Origin: Actinomycetota bacterium
Lineage (GTDB): Bacteria > Actinomycetota > Thermoleophilia > Gaiellales > Gaiellaceae
Direction of reading: 5' to 3'
NCBI GenBank assembly: GCA_003152275.1
Contig: PLZU01000021.1
Location: 5,125-69,124, forward strand
Length of the DNA stretch: 64,000 nucleotides
In this document: positions 1 through 7,955 of the stretch, piece by piece
Numbering within the stretch: the stretch's first letter is position 1
How the letters are laid out: each line of letters opens with the position of its first letter
Position numbers and translations under genes: made by a program
The notes under the pieces: model-generated
Seen by the model: only the letters and a program-made list of their open reading frames with translations
Database searches by the model: none
Told to the model about the DNA's origin: nothing

Positions 1-237
1 CCCCAGCGTCTCAACAAGAGCGCGCGCAACAGCGGCGGCATCGAGCATCTCGATGCCGCCGCTGTACCAAGCCACAGGCTCAGATCGCGTCTCCACCCAC
101 TCGCGGGCCAACGTCGTCTTCCCGTACCCCGCGGGGGCGCACAGCAAGATGATCCGAGCCTCGGACTCGTCGAGCAGCGTCGTCAATCGAGGCCGCTTGA
201 TGATGTAGCTCTGCGCGGCTGGCCGCGTCGTGACCAT
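1..237 (-). CDS. LAL/MalT-type LuxR-family regulator, N-terminal ATPase fragment (gene continues past window start)
   Basis: Hand translation of the minus strand from ATG at 237: MVTTRPAAQSYIIKRPRLTTLLDESEARIILLCAPAGYGKTTLAREWVETRSEP... Walker A GYGKTT sits in a MalT/LAL-like context. Absent from the ORF track because it is cut by the window edge. Confidence 0.6.
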   Translation of the reverse strand, partial: MVTTRPAAQSYIIKRPRLTTLLDESEARIILLCAPAGYGKTTLAREWVETRSEPVAWYSGGIEMLDAAAVARALVETLG

Positions 238-375
238 GCCTCTGCCCTCATCCATTTCGCCTGCCGGGCCGACGCCTCGCCCGAACGCTGCCGATGCCCT
301 CCCATTGTGAACCCTGCTACGAAGCTTGCAAAGGGGGACCGCGCCCGGGGCAGAAGCGCCGGGCGCGGCTTGCCG

Positions 376-645
376 TCAGCCCCCAACGCCGGCAATCGCC
401 ACCGGCGCAAGCTCACAAGCAAGGGGGTCTTCGCCTGTGAGCGTCCTGAACGCGGCAGGAATCTGCCGTCTCCGCGGCACACCGAGCTTCTGGCGAAGAA
501 CATCGCAATGCGCCTTCGCTGTCCGCGGCGAGATGCCAAGCCGCTCTCCGACCTCTTCGTTCGAGCAGCCGAGTGCGATCAGTTCGACCACCTCGCGTTG
601 CCGCTGGGTCAGCGAGAGGTCCGTGCCGTTCGAGGTGCTTTTCAT
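376..645 (-). CDS. stand-alone LuxR/GerE-type HTH transcriptional regulator (89 aa)
   Basis: LTQRQREVVELIALGCSNEEVGERLGISPRTAKAHCDVLRQKLGV matches the GerE/LuxR HTH signature. TAGCGT lies 7 nt upstream of the ATG. Confidence 0.85.
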   Translation of the reverse strand: MKSTSNGTDLSLTQRQREVVELIALGCSNEEVGERLGISPRTAKAHCDVLRQKLGVPRRRQIPAAFRTLTGEDPLACELAPVAIAGVGG

Positions 646-652
646 GGACGCG

Positions 653-658
653 ACGCTA
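653..658 (-). promoter_or_regulatory. -10-like TAGCGT, 7 nt upstream of LuxR ATG (leaderless-type)
   Basis: Plus strand acgcta; TANNNT consensus. Confidence 0.4.
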
Positions 659-725
659 CGCCGCCCGTCACGCTCGAACCATCGGTCGATAGGAGTATTC
701 GCGGTGTAAGACCTCGAAACGGGGT

Positions 726-1736
726 CTAGACCCGCGCCGCGCGAAACCGCCCGCGCACAAAGCTCGCGTCGTGCCCGCGGGCGTTCGCCTCGGCGAGCTC
801 CTCCTGCGTCAGGGCCCCGATCCGCAGCAGCAGGTCGAGCTCGTCGCGCAGATGCGTGTGCATCATCTCAGGGCCGTCCGTTGCGATCGTGAAGCGGACG
901 CCGTTCTCGACGAACGCGCGGAAGACATCGTGCACGGCGGCCTCGTCGGCCAGCGCCTTCGTCAGGAGATTCGACGTCGGACAGATCTCGAGCACGACCT
1001 CCGCCTCGCGCAGCCCGCGCATCAGCTCGTCGTCGCCCGCCGCCAGGATCCCGTGCCCGATCCGGTCGGGGCGCAGCACCTCGAGCACCTCGCCGATCTC
1101 CTCGCGGCCCATGTCGCCGCCCTCTTCGCCGACGTGGATCGTCACGCCGAGCCCGGCCTCGCGCGCCGTCTCGACCATCGGCTGCACCTGCCGGTAGTCG
1201 TAACGCGCGCCGCCTGGCCGCGGGCCGGCGATGTCGATACCGACGATCCCGCGCGCCGCCCACCCGATCGCCTTCTCGACGATCACCTCGTTCTGCCGCG
1301 GCGTGAACGTGCGGTCCATCATCAGGATCAGCCCCGCACGCACCTGCGGGTACTCGAGACTCGCACGGTCGAGGCCGCGGATCGCGGCGAGGATGATGTG
1401 GTCGAGGTCGCGCTCGCCGCCGCGGTTCCGCTTCATCGGGTTGAAGCGCAGCTCGAGCGTCGTGATCCCCTGCGAGCGATACGCGCCGCCGATCGCCGCA
1501 TGCACCGACACCTCCACCGCGAGCGGGCTCGACTGAATCAGCTCCGTCCAGTGGTAGATCGCGTCGAGCGCATTCAGGTCGGGCACGCCGCGCGGGTCGC
1601 TCACCGTCACCAGCCGGTCGAAGTCCCAGTAGTCCTTCACCGGGAGCGCGATGCCCTGCTCGTGCGCCAGCGTCCAGAGAATGTCGGAGGACACCGAGCC
1701 TCCGAGATGCGTATGGAGCTCGGCGAGACCTTCCAT
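726..1736 (-). CDS. add: adenosine deaminase family amidohydrolase
   Basis: 336 aa. N-terminal ELHTHLGGS metal-binding motif, plus HVGEEGG, ICPTSN and ATDGP motifs of adenosine/adenine deaminases. Confidence 0.85.
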   Translation of the reverse strand: MEGLAELHTHLGGSVSSDILWTLAHEQGIALPVKDYWDFDRLVTVSDPRGVPDLNALDAIYHWTELIQSSPLAVEVSVHAAIGGAYRSQGITTLELRFNPMKRNRGGERDLDHIILAAIRGLDRASLEYPQVRAGLILMMDRTFTPRQNEVIVEKAIGWAARGIVGIDIAGPRPGGARYDYRQVQPMVETAREAGLGVTIHVGEEGGDMGREEIGEVLEVLRPDRIGHGILAAGDDELMRGLREAEVVLEICPTSNLLTKALADEAAVHDVFRAFVENGVRFTIATDGPEMMHTHLRDELDLLLRIGALTQEELAEANARGHDASFVRGRFRAARV

Positions 1737-1742
1737 CGAGCG

Positions 1743-1748
1743 ATTCTA
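1743..1748 (-). promoter_or_regulatory. -10-like TAGAAT, 6 nt upstream of add ATG (leaderless-type)
   Basis: Plus strand attcta. Overlaps the MATE stop codon. Confidence 0.45.
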
Positions 1749-3047
1749 ACCCCAGCCCGTGACGACCCACCGGCGACCGGCGAACCGCACGCCGAGCAGC
1801 ACGAGCCGCGCCGCGATCAGGACGTCGAGGGCCGCCCACACACCGACGATGCCCCAGCCGAGCTCCAGAGCGAGCGACGCAAGCACGATGAACACCGCAC
1901 TCGCGGCGAGCATCGACCACATGAGATAGCGCGTGTCGCTCGCGCCGATCAAGATCCCGTCGAGCGCGAATACCGCGCCGCCGAGCGGCTGCATCAGCAC
2001 GAAATACGGCCACAGCAGCGCCGCCTGATGCAGTACCGCGTGATCGCCCGTGAACGCACGCGGCACGAGGTGCGTCAACGGCAACAGCACGAGCGAAAAC
2101 GCGGCGCCAACGACGACCGACCACGCAATCATTCTCAGCGCAGCGGCATACGCGCCGCCGGCATCGCCTGAGCCGAGCATCCGGCCGACGGTCACCTGCC
2201 CCGCAATCGCGACCGAGTCGAGAATCAGCGCGAGCAAGAGAAAGAGCTGCGACGCGATCTGGTTCGCGCCGAGCTGTGCGTCGCCCATACGCGCGCACAC
2301 CGAAGCCGCAAAGAGAAACGACGCGTAGAGCGCCGCCGTGCGGACGAAGATCTGCCGCCCGACACGCAACATCGGCTTCATCTCGCGCAGGCTCGGCCGC
2401 TTCGAGGCCGCGTGCGGACGCAGCAGCTCCACGACGAACGCGACGCCCATCCCCGCCTGCGCGATCGCCGTCCCCGCCGCCGACCCGGCGATGCCCCAGT
2501 GGAACCCGTAGACGAAGAGCACCTCGAGCACGATGTTCACCGCGTTCGCGGCCACCACGATCACGAGCGGGCGACGCAGGTTCGAGACGCCGCGCAGGTA
2601 GCCCTGCCCCGCGAGCGCGAGGAGCGCCGCCGGCAATCCGAGCGCCCCGATCCGGAAGTACGTCAGCGCGTACGCGCCCGATTGCCCGTGCGCACCGAGC
2701 CCATGCAGTAGTGGAGCCGCCAGCGCCTCGCACACGACGACGAGCACGACTCCGATTCCGAGCGAGACCCACAGGGCCTGCGCCGCGAGCCGCGCCGCGC
2801 GCTCGGGCTGCCCCGCGCCCACGGCCCGCGCGACGACCGCCGTCGTCCCGTAGGTGAGGAAGTTGAAGATCGTGAAGGCGCCCGCGAGCACCGTCCCGGC
2901 GAGCCCGAGCGCCGCGATCTGCGGCCGCCCGAGATGGCCGACGATCGCCGTGTCCGCCAGCACGTAGAGCGGCTCCGCGGCCAGCGCCCCGAGGGCGGGG
3001 AGGGCCAGGCGGAGAATCTCGCGGTCGTACGGGGAGCGGAGGCGCAC
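1746..3047 (-). CDS. MATE family efflux transporter
   Basis: Polytopic membrane protein with MATE N-terminal signature DREILRLALPALGALAAEPLYVLADTAIVGHLG. The track ORF runs to 3143 but overlaps the divergent GT gene. GTG at 3047 gives the usual short N-terminus. Confidence 0.85.
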   Translation of the reverse strand: MRLRSPYDREILRLALPALGALAAEPLYVLADTAIVGHLGRPQIAALGLAGTVLAGAFTIFNFLTYGTTAVVARAVGAGQPERAARLAAQALWVSLGIGVVLVVVCEALAAPLLHGLGAHGQSGAYALTYFRIGALGLPAALLALAGQGYLRGVSNLRRPLVIVVAANAVNIVLEVLFVYGFHWGIAGSAAGTAIAQAGMGVAFVVELLRPHAASKRPSLREMKPMLRVGRQIFVRTAALYASFLFAASVCARMGDAQLGANQIASQLFLLLALILDSVAIAGQVTVGRMLGSGDAGGAYAAALRMIAWSVVVGAAFSLVLLPLTHLVPRAFTGDHAVLHQAALLWPYFVLMQPLGGAVFALDGILIGASDTRYLMWSMLAASAVFIVLASLALELGWGIVGVWAALDVLIAARLVLLGVRFAGRRWVVTGWG

Positions 3048-3062
3048 CGCGCGCGGACGATA

Positions 3063-4190
3063 ATGGCGCAGGTGAAGGTGGGCATCGTCGTTCCGTACTC
3101 GTGGTCCTTCTGGGGCGGCGTCGTCGAGCACGCCGAGCTCCAAGCCGAAGCGCTCACCGCGCTCGGCTGCGAGGTGCGCACGATCATGGGCAACGATCCG
3201 CCCGGCCAGTTCACGCGCGTGCTACACCCCCGGCACGGACGCCACGGCACGCCGCCTCCCGAGGTGATCCCGATCGGCCGCTCCGTGATCGTGCCGGCGA
3301 ACGGGACGCTCCCCAACATCATCCTCAGCCCGCGCTCGGTGTTCCGCGTCAGGCAGGCGCTCGAGCGGGAACGCTTCGACGTCGTGCACATGCACGAGCC
3401 GATGACGCCGACGCCCTGCATCGCGACGCTCGCGATGTGCACCGCGCCCATGGTCGGCACCTTCCACGCGAACGGCGATCTCGGCTGGATGAAGCTCGCC
3501 ACGCCGGCGTGGGGCTTCCTCGCCGAGCGGCTCGACCACCGCATCGCCGTTTCCGAGCGCGCACGCGAGTCCGCTCACCGCTGGCTGCCCGGCGACTACG
3601 AGATCGTCCCGAACGGCGTGCTCATCCCGCCGCACGCCGAGCCTGCCGGACGCCAGAACCGCATCGTCTTCGCGGGCCGGCACGAAGGGCGCAAAGGGCT
3701 GCAAGTCCTGCTAAAAGCGTGGCCGGAGATTCGCGCTCGCACCGGCGCGACCTTGCACATCTGCGGCGCCGACCCGCTCGCCGTCCGGCTGCTGATGACG
3801 CGCCTCCGCACGCCCGAGGAAGGCGTCGAAGTGCTCGGTTTTCTGCCGCAGGAGGAGTTCACGCAGGAGCTGCTCTCCGCGAAAGCGCTCGTCGCGCCCT
3901 CGCTCGGCGGCGAGAGCTTCGGGATCGTGCTCGTGCGCGCGATGGCCTGCGCCACGCCGGTGGTTGCCTCCGACATCCCGGGGTACCGTGACGTCATGAC
4001 GCCCGAGACCGCGGTGTCGTTCCCGCCGGGCGACGAACAGGCGCTCGCGAATGCTGTCGAGGCCCTGCTCGCCGACGAGCCGCGCCGGCAGATGATGGGC
4101 GTCGCGGGCCGTCAGCTCACACAGGACCGCTACGCCTGGGACGCGATCGCCCGTCGTCTCGTCGAGATCTACAGCGCGGTCGCCGCATGA
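3063..4190 (+). CDS. GT4-family glycosyltransferase, PimA-like
   Basis: MAQVKVGIVVPYSWSFWGGVVEHA, HMHEP and GGESFGIVLVRAMACATPVVASDIPG resemble mycobacterial PimA (from memory). Start moved from 2934 to ATG 3063. Confidence 0.8.
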   Translation: MAQVKVGIVVPYSWSFWGGVVEHAELQAEALTALGCEVRTIMGNDPPGQFTRVLHPRHGRHGTPPPEVIPIGRSVIVPANGTLPNIILSPRSVFRVRQALERERFDVVHMHEPMTPTPCIATLAMCTAPMVGTFHANGDLGWMKLATPAWGFLAERLDHRIAVSERARESAHRWLPGDYEIVPNGVLIPPHAEPAGRQNRIVFAGRHEGRKGLQVLLKAWPEIRARTGATLHICGADPLAVRLLMTRLRTPEEGVEVLGFLPQEEFTQELLSAKALVAPSLGGESFGIVLVRAMACATPVVASDIPGYRDVMTPETAVSFPPGDEQALANAVEALLADEPRRQMMGVAGRQLTQDRYAWDAIARRLVEIYSAVAA

Positions 4191-5272
4191 AGCTCAGGCG
4201 CCTGATCGAGCGCCTGCCCACATCGAACGCGACGCGCTTTGCGATCACGATCATTTTCATGGGAGTCGTCGCCGTGCTGCTCTGGTGGCGCGGCCCAAGC
4301 TGGAGCGCGATCGGCGATGCCTTCACGGTCGTCCGCTGGCAGTGGGTAGCGGTCGCAGTCGGCCTCAATCTCGCCTCGGTCGTGGCGCGCGCGATCGCCT
4401 GGCGGACCGTCATCAATCAGGCGATGCCCGAGCCGCATCCAGGCAACCTGCTCGTGTTCTCGGCCTTCTCGGTCGGGCTCTTCGCAAACGCCGTGCTGCC
4501 GGGCCGGATCGGTGAGCTCGCCCGCGTCGCGGTGCTGACGCGCAAGCTGCCGAAACGCAAAGGCGTTTGGGCGACGCTCGTCGGCACGGTGTTTGCGCAT
4601 CGCGTCTTCGACCTCGTGCCGGTCGTTCTCCTGATCGCCTACGTCGTCTTGACGGCGAAGATCCCCTCCTGGGCGATCACGAGCCTCGTTGGGTTCGTCG
4701 GCGTCGGCTCCTTGCTCTTCACGTTCGCGTTCGTGAGTGCGCGGCGGCCGCACGTCGCGAAGGTCGACCATCTGCGCGGGGCGCGCCGCATCGTGACGAT
4801 GGCCCGACAGGGTCTCGGCGTGATGCGCTCACCCCTCCGAACGCTGCTCGCGATCCTCTTCCAGATCGCCGGGTGGATGTGCCAGCTCCTCGCCGTGTGG
4901 GCGGCGATGCGCGCGTTCGACATCCACGCGCCACTCCCCGCCGCGGGCGTCGTGCTTCTGCTGATGAACGTCGCGACCGTGTTTCCGCTCTGGCCCGGCA
5001 ACGTCGGGCTCACGCAGATCGCGATCGCGACGCCGCTGAGCAGCAGCTACGGAGTCGCCTATGCCCATGGCGTCGCCTACGGCTTCGGCCTCCAGGCGAT
5101 CGAGGCCTCGGTCGGCATCGGCGTCGGCCTCGTGTTCCTCGCGCGCGAGGGGCTCTCGTTCGCGATGCTGCAGGTGATGCCGTCCGCCGATCAGGCGGAG
5201 ATGCGCGACCAGGACGTCGACCCCGAGGAAGAGCGCGATGCCGAGATCGAGCGCGCTGGCGTGCCCGGCTAG
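4187..5272 (+). CDS. flippase-like / lysyl-PG-synthase TM-region family membrane protein
   Basis: 361-aa polytopic membrane protein. ATGA start-stop overlap with the upstream GT gene. Confidence 0.65.
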   Translation: MKLRRLIERLPTSNATRFAITIIFMGVVAVLLWWRGPSWSAIGDAFTVVRWQWVAVAVGLNLASVVARAIAWRTVINQAMPEPHPGNLLVFSAFSVGLFANAVLPGRIGELARVAVLTRKLPKRKGVWATLVGTVFAHRVFDLVPVVLLIAYVVLTAKIPSWAITSLVGFVGVGSLLFTFAFVSARRPHVAKVDHLRGARRIVTMARQGLGVMRSPLRTLLAILFQIAGWMCQLLAVWAAMRAFDIHAPLPAAGVVLLLMNVATVFPLWPGNVGLTQIAIATPLSSSYGVAYAHGVAYGFGLQAIEASVGIGVGLVFLAREGLSFAMLQVMPSADQAEMRDQDVDPEEERDAEIERAGVPG

Positions 5273-6110
5273 CTTCAAAGGCGTTCTCTCGGCACGCACC
5301 GCCGCGGCTGCGCTCGCAGACGGCTTCGAGCGCGCGGGTGTCGAATGCACGCAGCTGCCGCTCGCAGACGGCGGCGAGGGAACAGTCGACGCGCTCGGCG
5401 CGCGGCGGGACGGCGCGACCGTCGTCGAAGCGGCGCAAGCGATTCCGTTCGATCCTGCGCGCCTCGACGTCATGGGTGCATCGAGCCGTCCGTTCGGCGA
5501 GCTGCTCGCCGTGCTCGAGGCCGAGCGCTTGCTCGTCGGCCTCGGCGGCACCGCGAACATGGACGCCGGCGCGGGGCTGCTCGAGGTGCTCGACGCGCTG
5601 CCGGCGCCGACGACCGTGCTTTGCGACGTGCAGACGACGCTCTACGATGCGCCGCGCCTCTTCGGGCCGCAGAAGGGGGCGACACCCGAGCAGGTGGCGG
5701 AGCTCGAGCGGCGCTTTCGTTCAGCCGGCGCGCTCGCGCCGTTCGCGGCGCTGCCCGGCTCCGGTGCGGCCGGCGGCCTCGGGGCGGCGCTCGCCTCGCT
5801 CGGGGCCGAGCTCGTGCCGGGTGCAGCGACGATCCTCGACCTGCTCGGCTTCGACCCGCACGGCTACGACCTCGTCGTGACGGGGGAGGGGCGTGTCGAC
5901 GCGACGACCGCGGAGGGCAAAGCGCCGGCGGAGGTCGCGCGACGCTGCAGCGAGGCCGGCGTGCCGTGCGTCGTCTGCGCGGGGCTCGTCCTTGAGCCGC
6001 TCGCCGGCGTCGAGACGATCGCGCTCTCCGGCGATCCGGCGCGAGCCGCGGGCGACCTCGTCGAGCTAGGCCTGCGGCTCGGGGCGCGCCTGCTCGACGC
6101 GGCGCGCTAG
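5238..6110 (+). CDS. glycerate kinase family protein (short form, 290 aa)
   Basis: SFKGVLSA ... PLADGGEGTVDAL at the N-terminus and VVTGEGRVDATTAEGKAP near the C-terminus are GlxK/GarK-type motifs. About 90 aa shorter than the typical members I remember. Confidence 0.7.
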   Translation: MPRSSALACPASFKGVLSARTAAAALADGFERAGVECTQLPLADGGEGTVDALGARRDGATVVEAAQAIPFDPARLDVMGASSRPFGELLAVLEAERLLVGLGGTANMDAGAGLLEVLDALPAPTTVLCDVQTTLYDAPRLFGPQKGATPEQVAELERRFRSAGALAPFAALPGSGAAGGLGAALASLGAELVPGAATILDLLGFDPHGYDLVVTGEGRVDATTAEGKAPAEVARRCSEAGVPCVVCAGLVLEPLAGVETIALSGDPARAAGDLVELGLRLGARLLDAAR

Positions 6111-6287
6111 CTCTTCGACCTTGCCCTGCGCGCCGTCGAGCTTCTCGCGGCAGAACGCGTAGAGGTGCTCGCCGCGCTCCCACAGCGCGAGCGCCTCGTC
6201 GAGCGACGCCTGCCCCTGCTCGAGCCGCTCGACGATCCGCTCGAGCTCGGTCTGGGCCTGCTCGAACGTGAGCTCGGTCTCGCTCAT
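6066..6287 (-). CDS. xseB: exodeoxyribonuclease VII small subunit
   Basis: 73 aa. FEQAQTELERIVERLEQGQASLDEALALWERGEHLYAFCREKL is the typical XseB helix-hairpin. ATGA overlap with the xseA stop. Confidence 0.9.
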   Translation of the reverse strand: MSETELTFEQAQTELERIVERLEQGQASLDEALALWERGEHLYAFCREKLDGAQGKVEELARRVEQARPEPQA

Positions 6288-7639
6288 CCTCGCTCCGGCA
6301 CCGGCAAAGCCGGTACCTCCACTCCTGTTCCCGCTCCGGCGCCGGCCAAGCCGGCGCCTTCGCTTATTGCCGGCTCCGTCGAGCCTACGCCGGCATGTGA
6401 GCCTCCGTCGAGCCTACGGCTCTCCACATCCTCGACGCGGGCACCGAACGAACCGTCTGCGACGCGCACGTCGACGCGCACTCCAGGCGCGACGTCGGTG
6501 CTCGCGGTGACGACCTTGAACTCCGTCCGGACGATCGCGTACCCTCGCTGGAGTGTTTTCTGAGGTGACAACACACGGAGTCTACCCGCGGTCGAGTCGA
6601 GCGCCGCCCGCTTGCGCTCGACCGCAAGCGCCGGCGCCCGCCTGAGGCGTTCGTGCGCGCGCTCGACGCGCTGACCCTGGCGTTCCAGGACGAGTCTCGG
6701 CGCGGCCCGTAGCCGCTCCGCCGACCGCTCCAGGCGCTGCGCGTCCCGCTCGAGCGTGCGCCGAACGCAGCGTGCGAGCGACTCGCGCGCGCGGTCGAGC
6801 AGGCCCGACAACTCAGAGAGCTCGGGGACGACGAGCTTGCCTGCCATCGTCGGCGTCGACGCGCGCACGTCGGCGGCGAGATCGCAGAGCGGCGTGTCCT
6901 GCTCGTGCCCGACCGCGGAAACGATCGGCACCGGGCAGGCCGCAACCGCCCGGACGAGCCGTTCGTCGCTGAAGGGGAGCAGGTCCTCGAAGCTGCCGCC
7001 CCCGCGCGTGAGCACGATCACGTCGACGCCCGGCTGCTCGCAGAGCTCGCGCAGCGCAGCGACGATCTCGAGCGCGGCGCGCGGTCCCTGCACGTAGGTT
7101 TCGGCGACGAGCACGTTCGCAGCGGGAAATCGGCTCTGGATCGTCGTGAGCACGTCGCGCTTTGCGGCGGCGTCGTTGCCCGTCACGAGCCCGATCCGGC
7201 GCGGCAGGAGCGGTAGCGGGCGCTTGCGCTCCGCGGCGAAGAGCCCTTCGCCCGCGAGCTTGGTCTTCAGCTGCTCGAGCGCTGCGAGATGCGCGCCGAC
7301 ACCGAAGCGCTCGACCGTGAGCGCCCGCAGCCGGAAGTCGCCCTTCTGCGCGTAGAGCTCGGGCCGGCCGTAGACGTGCACGCGCTCGCCGTCGGCGAGG
7401 TCGAGACGCAACGCGTCGAACTGCCCGCGCGGCATCTGTACCGCGACGCACGAGCCGTCGGCGGGATCTTTGAGCGTGAAGAAGACGCTCGCCCAGCGCG
7501 TGTGGCGCTTCAGCTCCGTCACCTCGCCCTCGACCCACACGGTCGGTAGCCGGCCGAGCCATTGCGCGACGCCGAGGTTGAAACTCGCGACGGAGTAGAC
7601 GGTGCGGTCGTCGTACGGGAGCGGCGCGACCTTGCTCAC
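6284..7639 (-). CDS. xseA: exodeoxyribonuclease VII large subunit
   Basis: 451 aa. N-terminal OB-fold segment VYSVASFNLGVAQWLGRLPTVWVEGEVTELKRH, then IGLVTGNDAAAKRDVL and VLTRGGGSFEDLLPFSDE motifs. GTG start at 7639. Confidence 0.9.
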   Translation of the reverse strand: MSKVAPLPYDDRTVYSVASFNLGVAQWLGRLPTVWVEGEVTELKRHTRWASVFFTLKDPADGSCVAVQMPRGQFDALRLDLADGERVHVYGRPELYAQKGDFRLRALTVERFGVGAHLAALEQLKTKLAGEGLFAAERKRPLPLLPRRIGLVTGNDAAAKRDVLTTIQSRFPAANVLVAETYVQGPRAALEIVAALRELCEQPGVDVIVLTRGGGSFEDLLPFSDERLVRAVAACPVPIVSAVGHEQDTPLCDLAADVRASTPTMAGKLVVPELSELSGLLDRARESLARCVRRTLERDAQRLERSAERLRAAPRLVLERQGQRVERAHERLRRAPALAVERKRAALDSTAGRLRVLSPQKTLQRGYAIVRTEFKVVTASTDVAPGVRVDVRVADGSFGARVEDVESRRLDGGSHAGVGSTEPAISEGAGLAGAGAGTGVEVPALPVPERG

Positions 7640-7668
7640 GCCCGCCAGCGTACTCGGCGGCGCTACAG

Positions 7669-7881
7669 CTAGAGCAGGATCTCGGCGGCGGTTGCGTGCT
7701 CGCAGCCGCTCGTCACGAGCTCGACGGCGAGATGAAGATCGGCCTCGCTTGCGGCGAGCCGTTCGGCCAGGCCGAGCGGGTAGCCCGCCTCGATCAGCAC
7801 GTGAAGCCTCCAGCTCTCGACCTTCGAGCGCTCGCTGATTTCAGGCTCTGCGACTTCGGTCATCTCGGTCATCTCGCTCAT
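7669..7881 (-). CDS. hypothetical small acidic protein (about 70 aa)
   Basis: ORF lying between the coiled-coil gene and xseA on the same strand. No recognisable motif. Start uncertain (M1, M4 or M7). Confidence 0.45.
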   Translation of the reverse strand: MSEMTEMTEVAEPEISERSKVESWRLHVLIEAGYPLGLAERLAASEADLHLAVELVTSGCEHATAAEILL

Positions 7882-7955
7882 GGCTCCGTAGGTTCGTGCT
7901 CCCTACGACGAACCCTCCACGCGTTTGTTGGCAGGAAAACGTTTGGGATCGGTTA

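Noticed and set aside
868-2772. 634-aa Arg-rich minus-strand ORF and the 466-aa plus-strand ORF (771-2171)
   Set aside because: These are out-of-frame or antisense shadows of the adenosine deaminase and MATE genes. They have extreme Arg/Ala/Gly composition and no motifs, which is typical of high-GC artefacts.
7882-7955. Alternative hairpins (GGTTCGT/ACGAACC and CGTAGG/CCTACG) as an attenuator
   Set aside because: These are short 6-7-bp stems in GC-rich DNA with no associated leader peptide or U-tract, so they are not distinguishable from chance.
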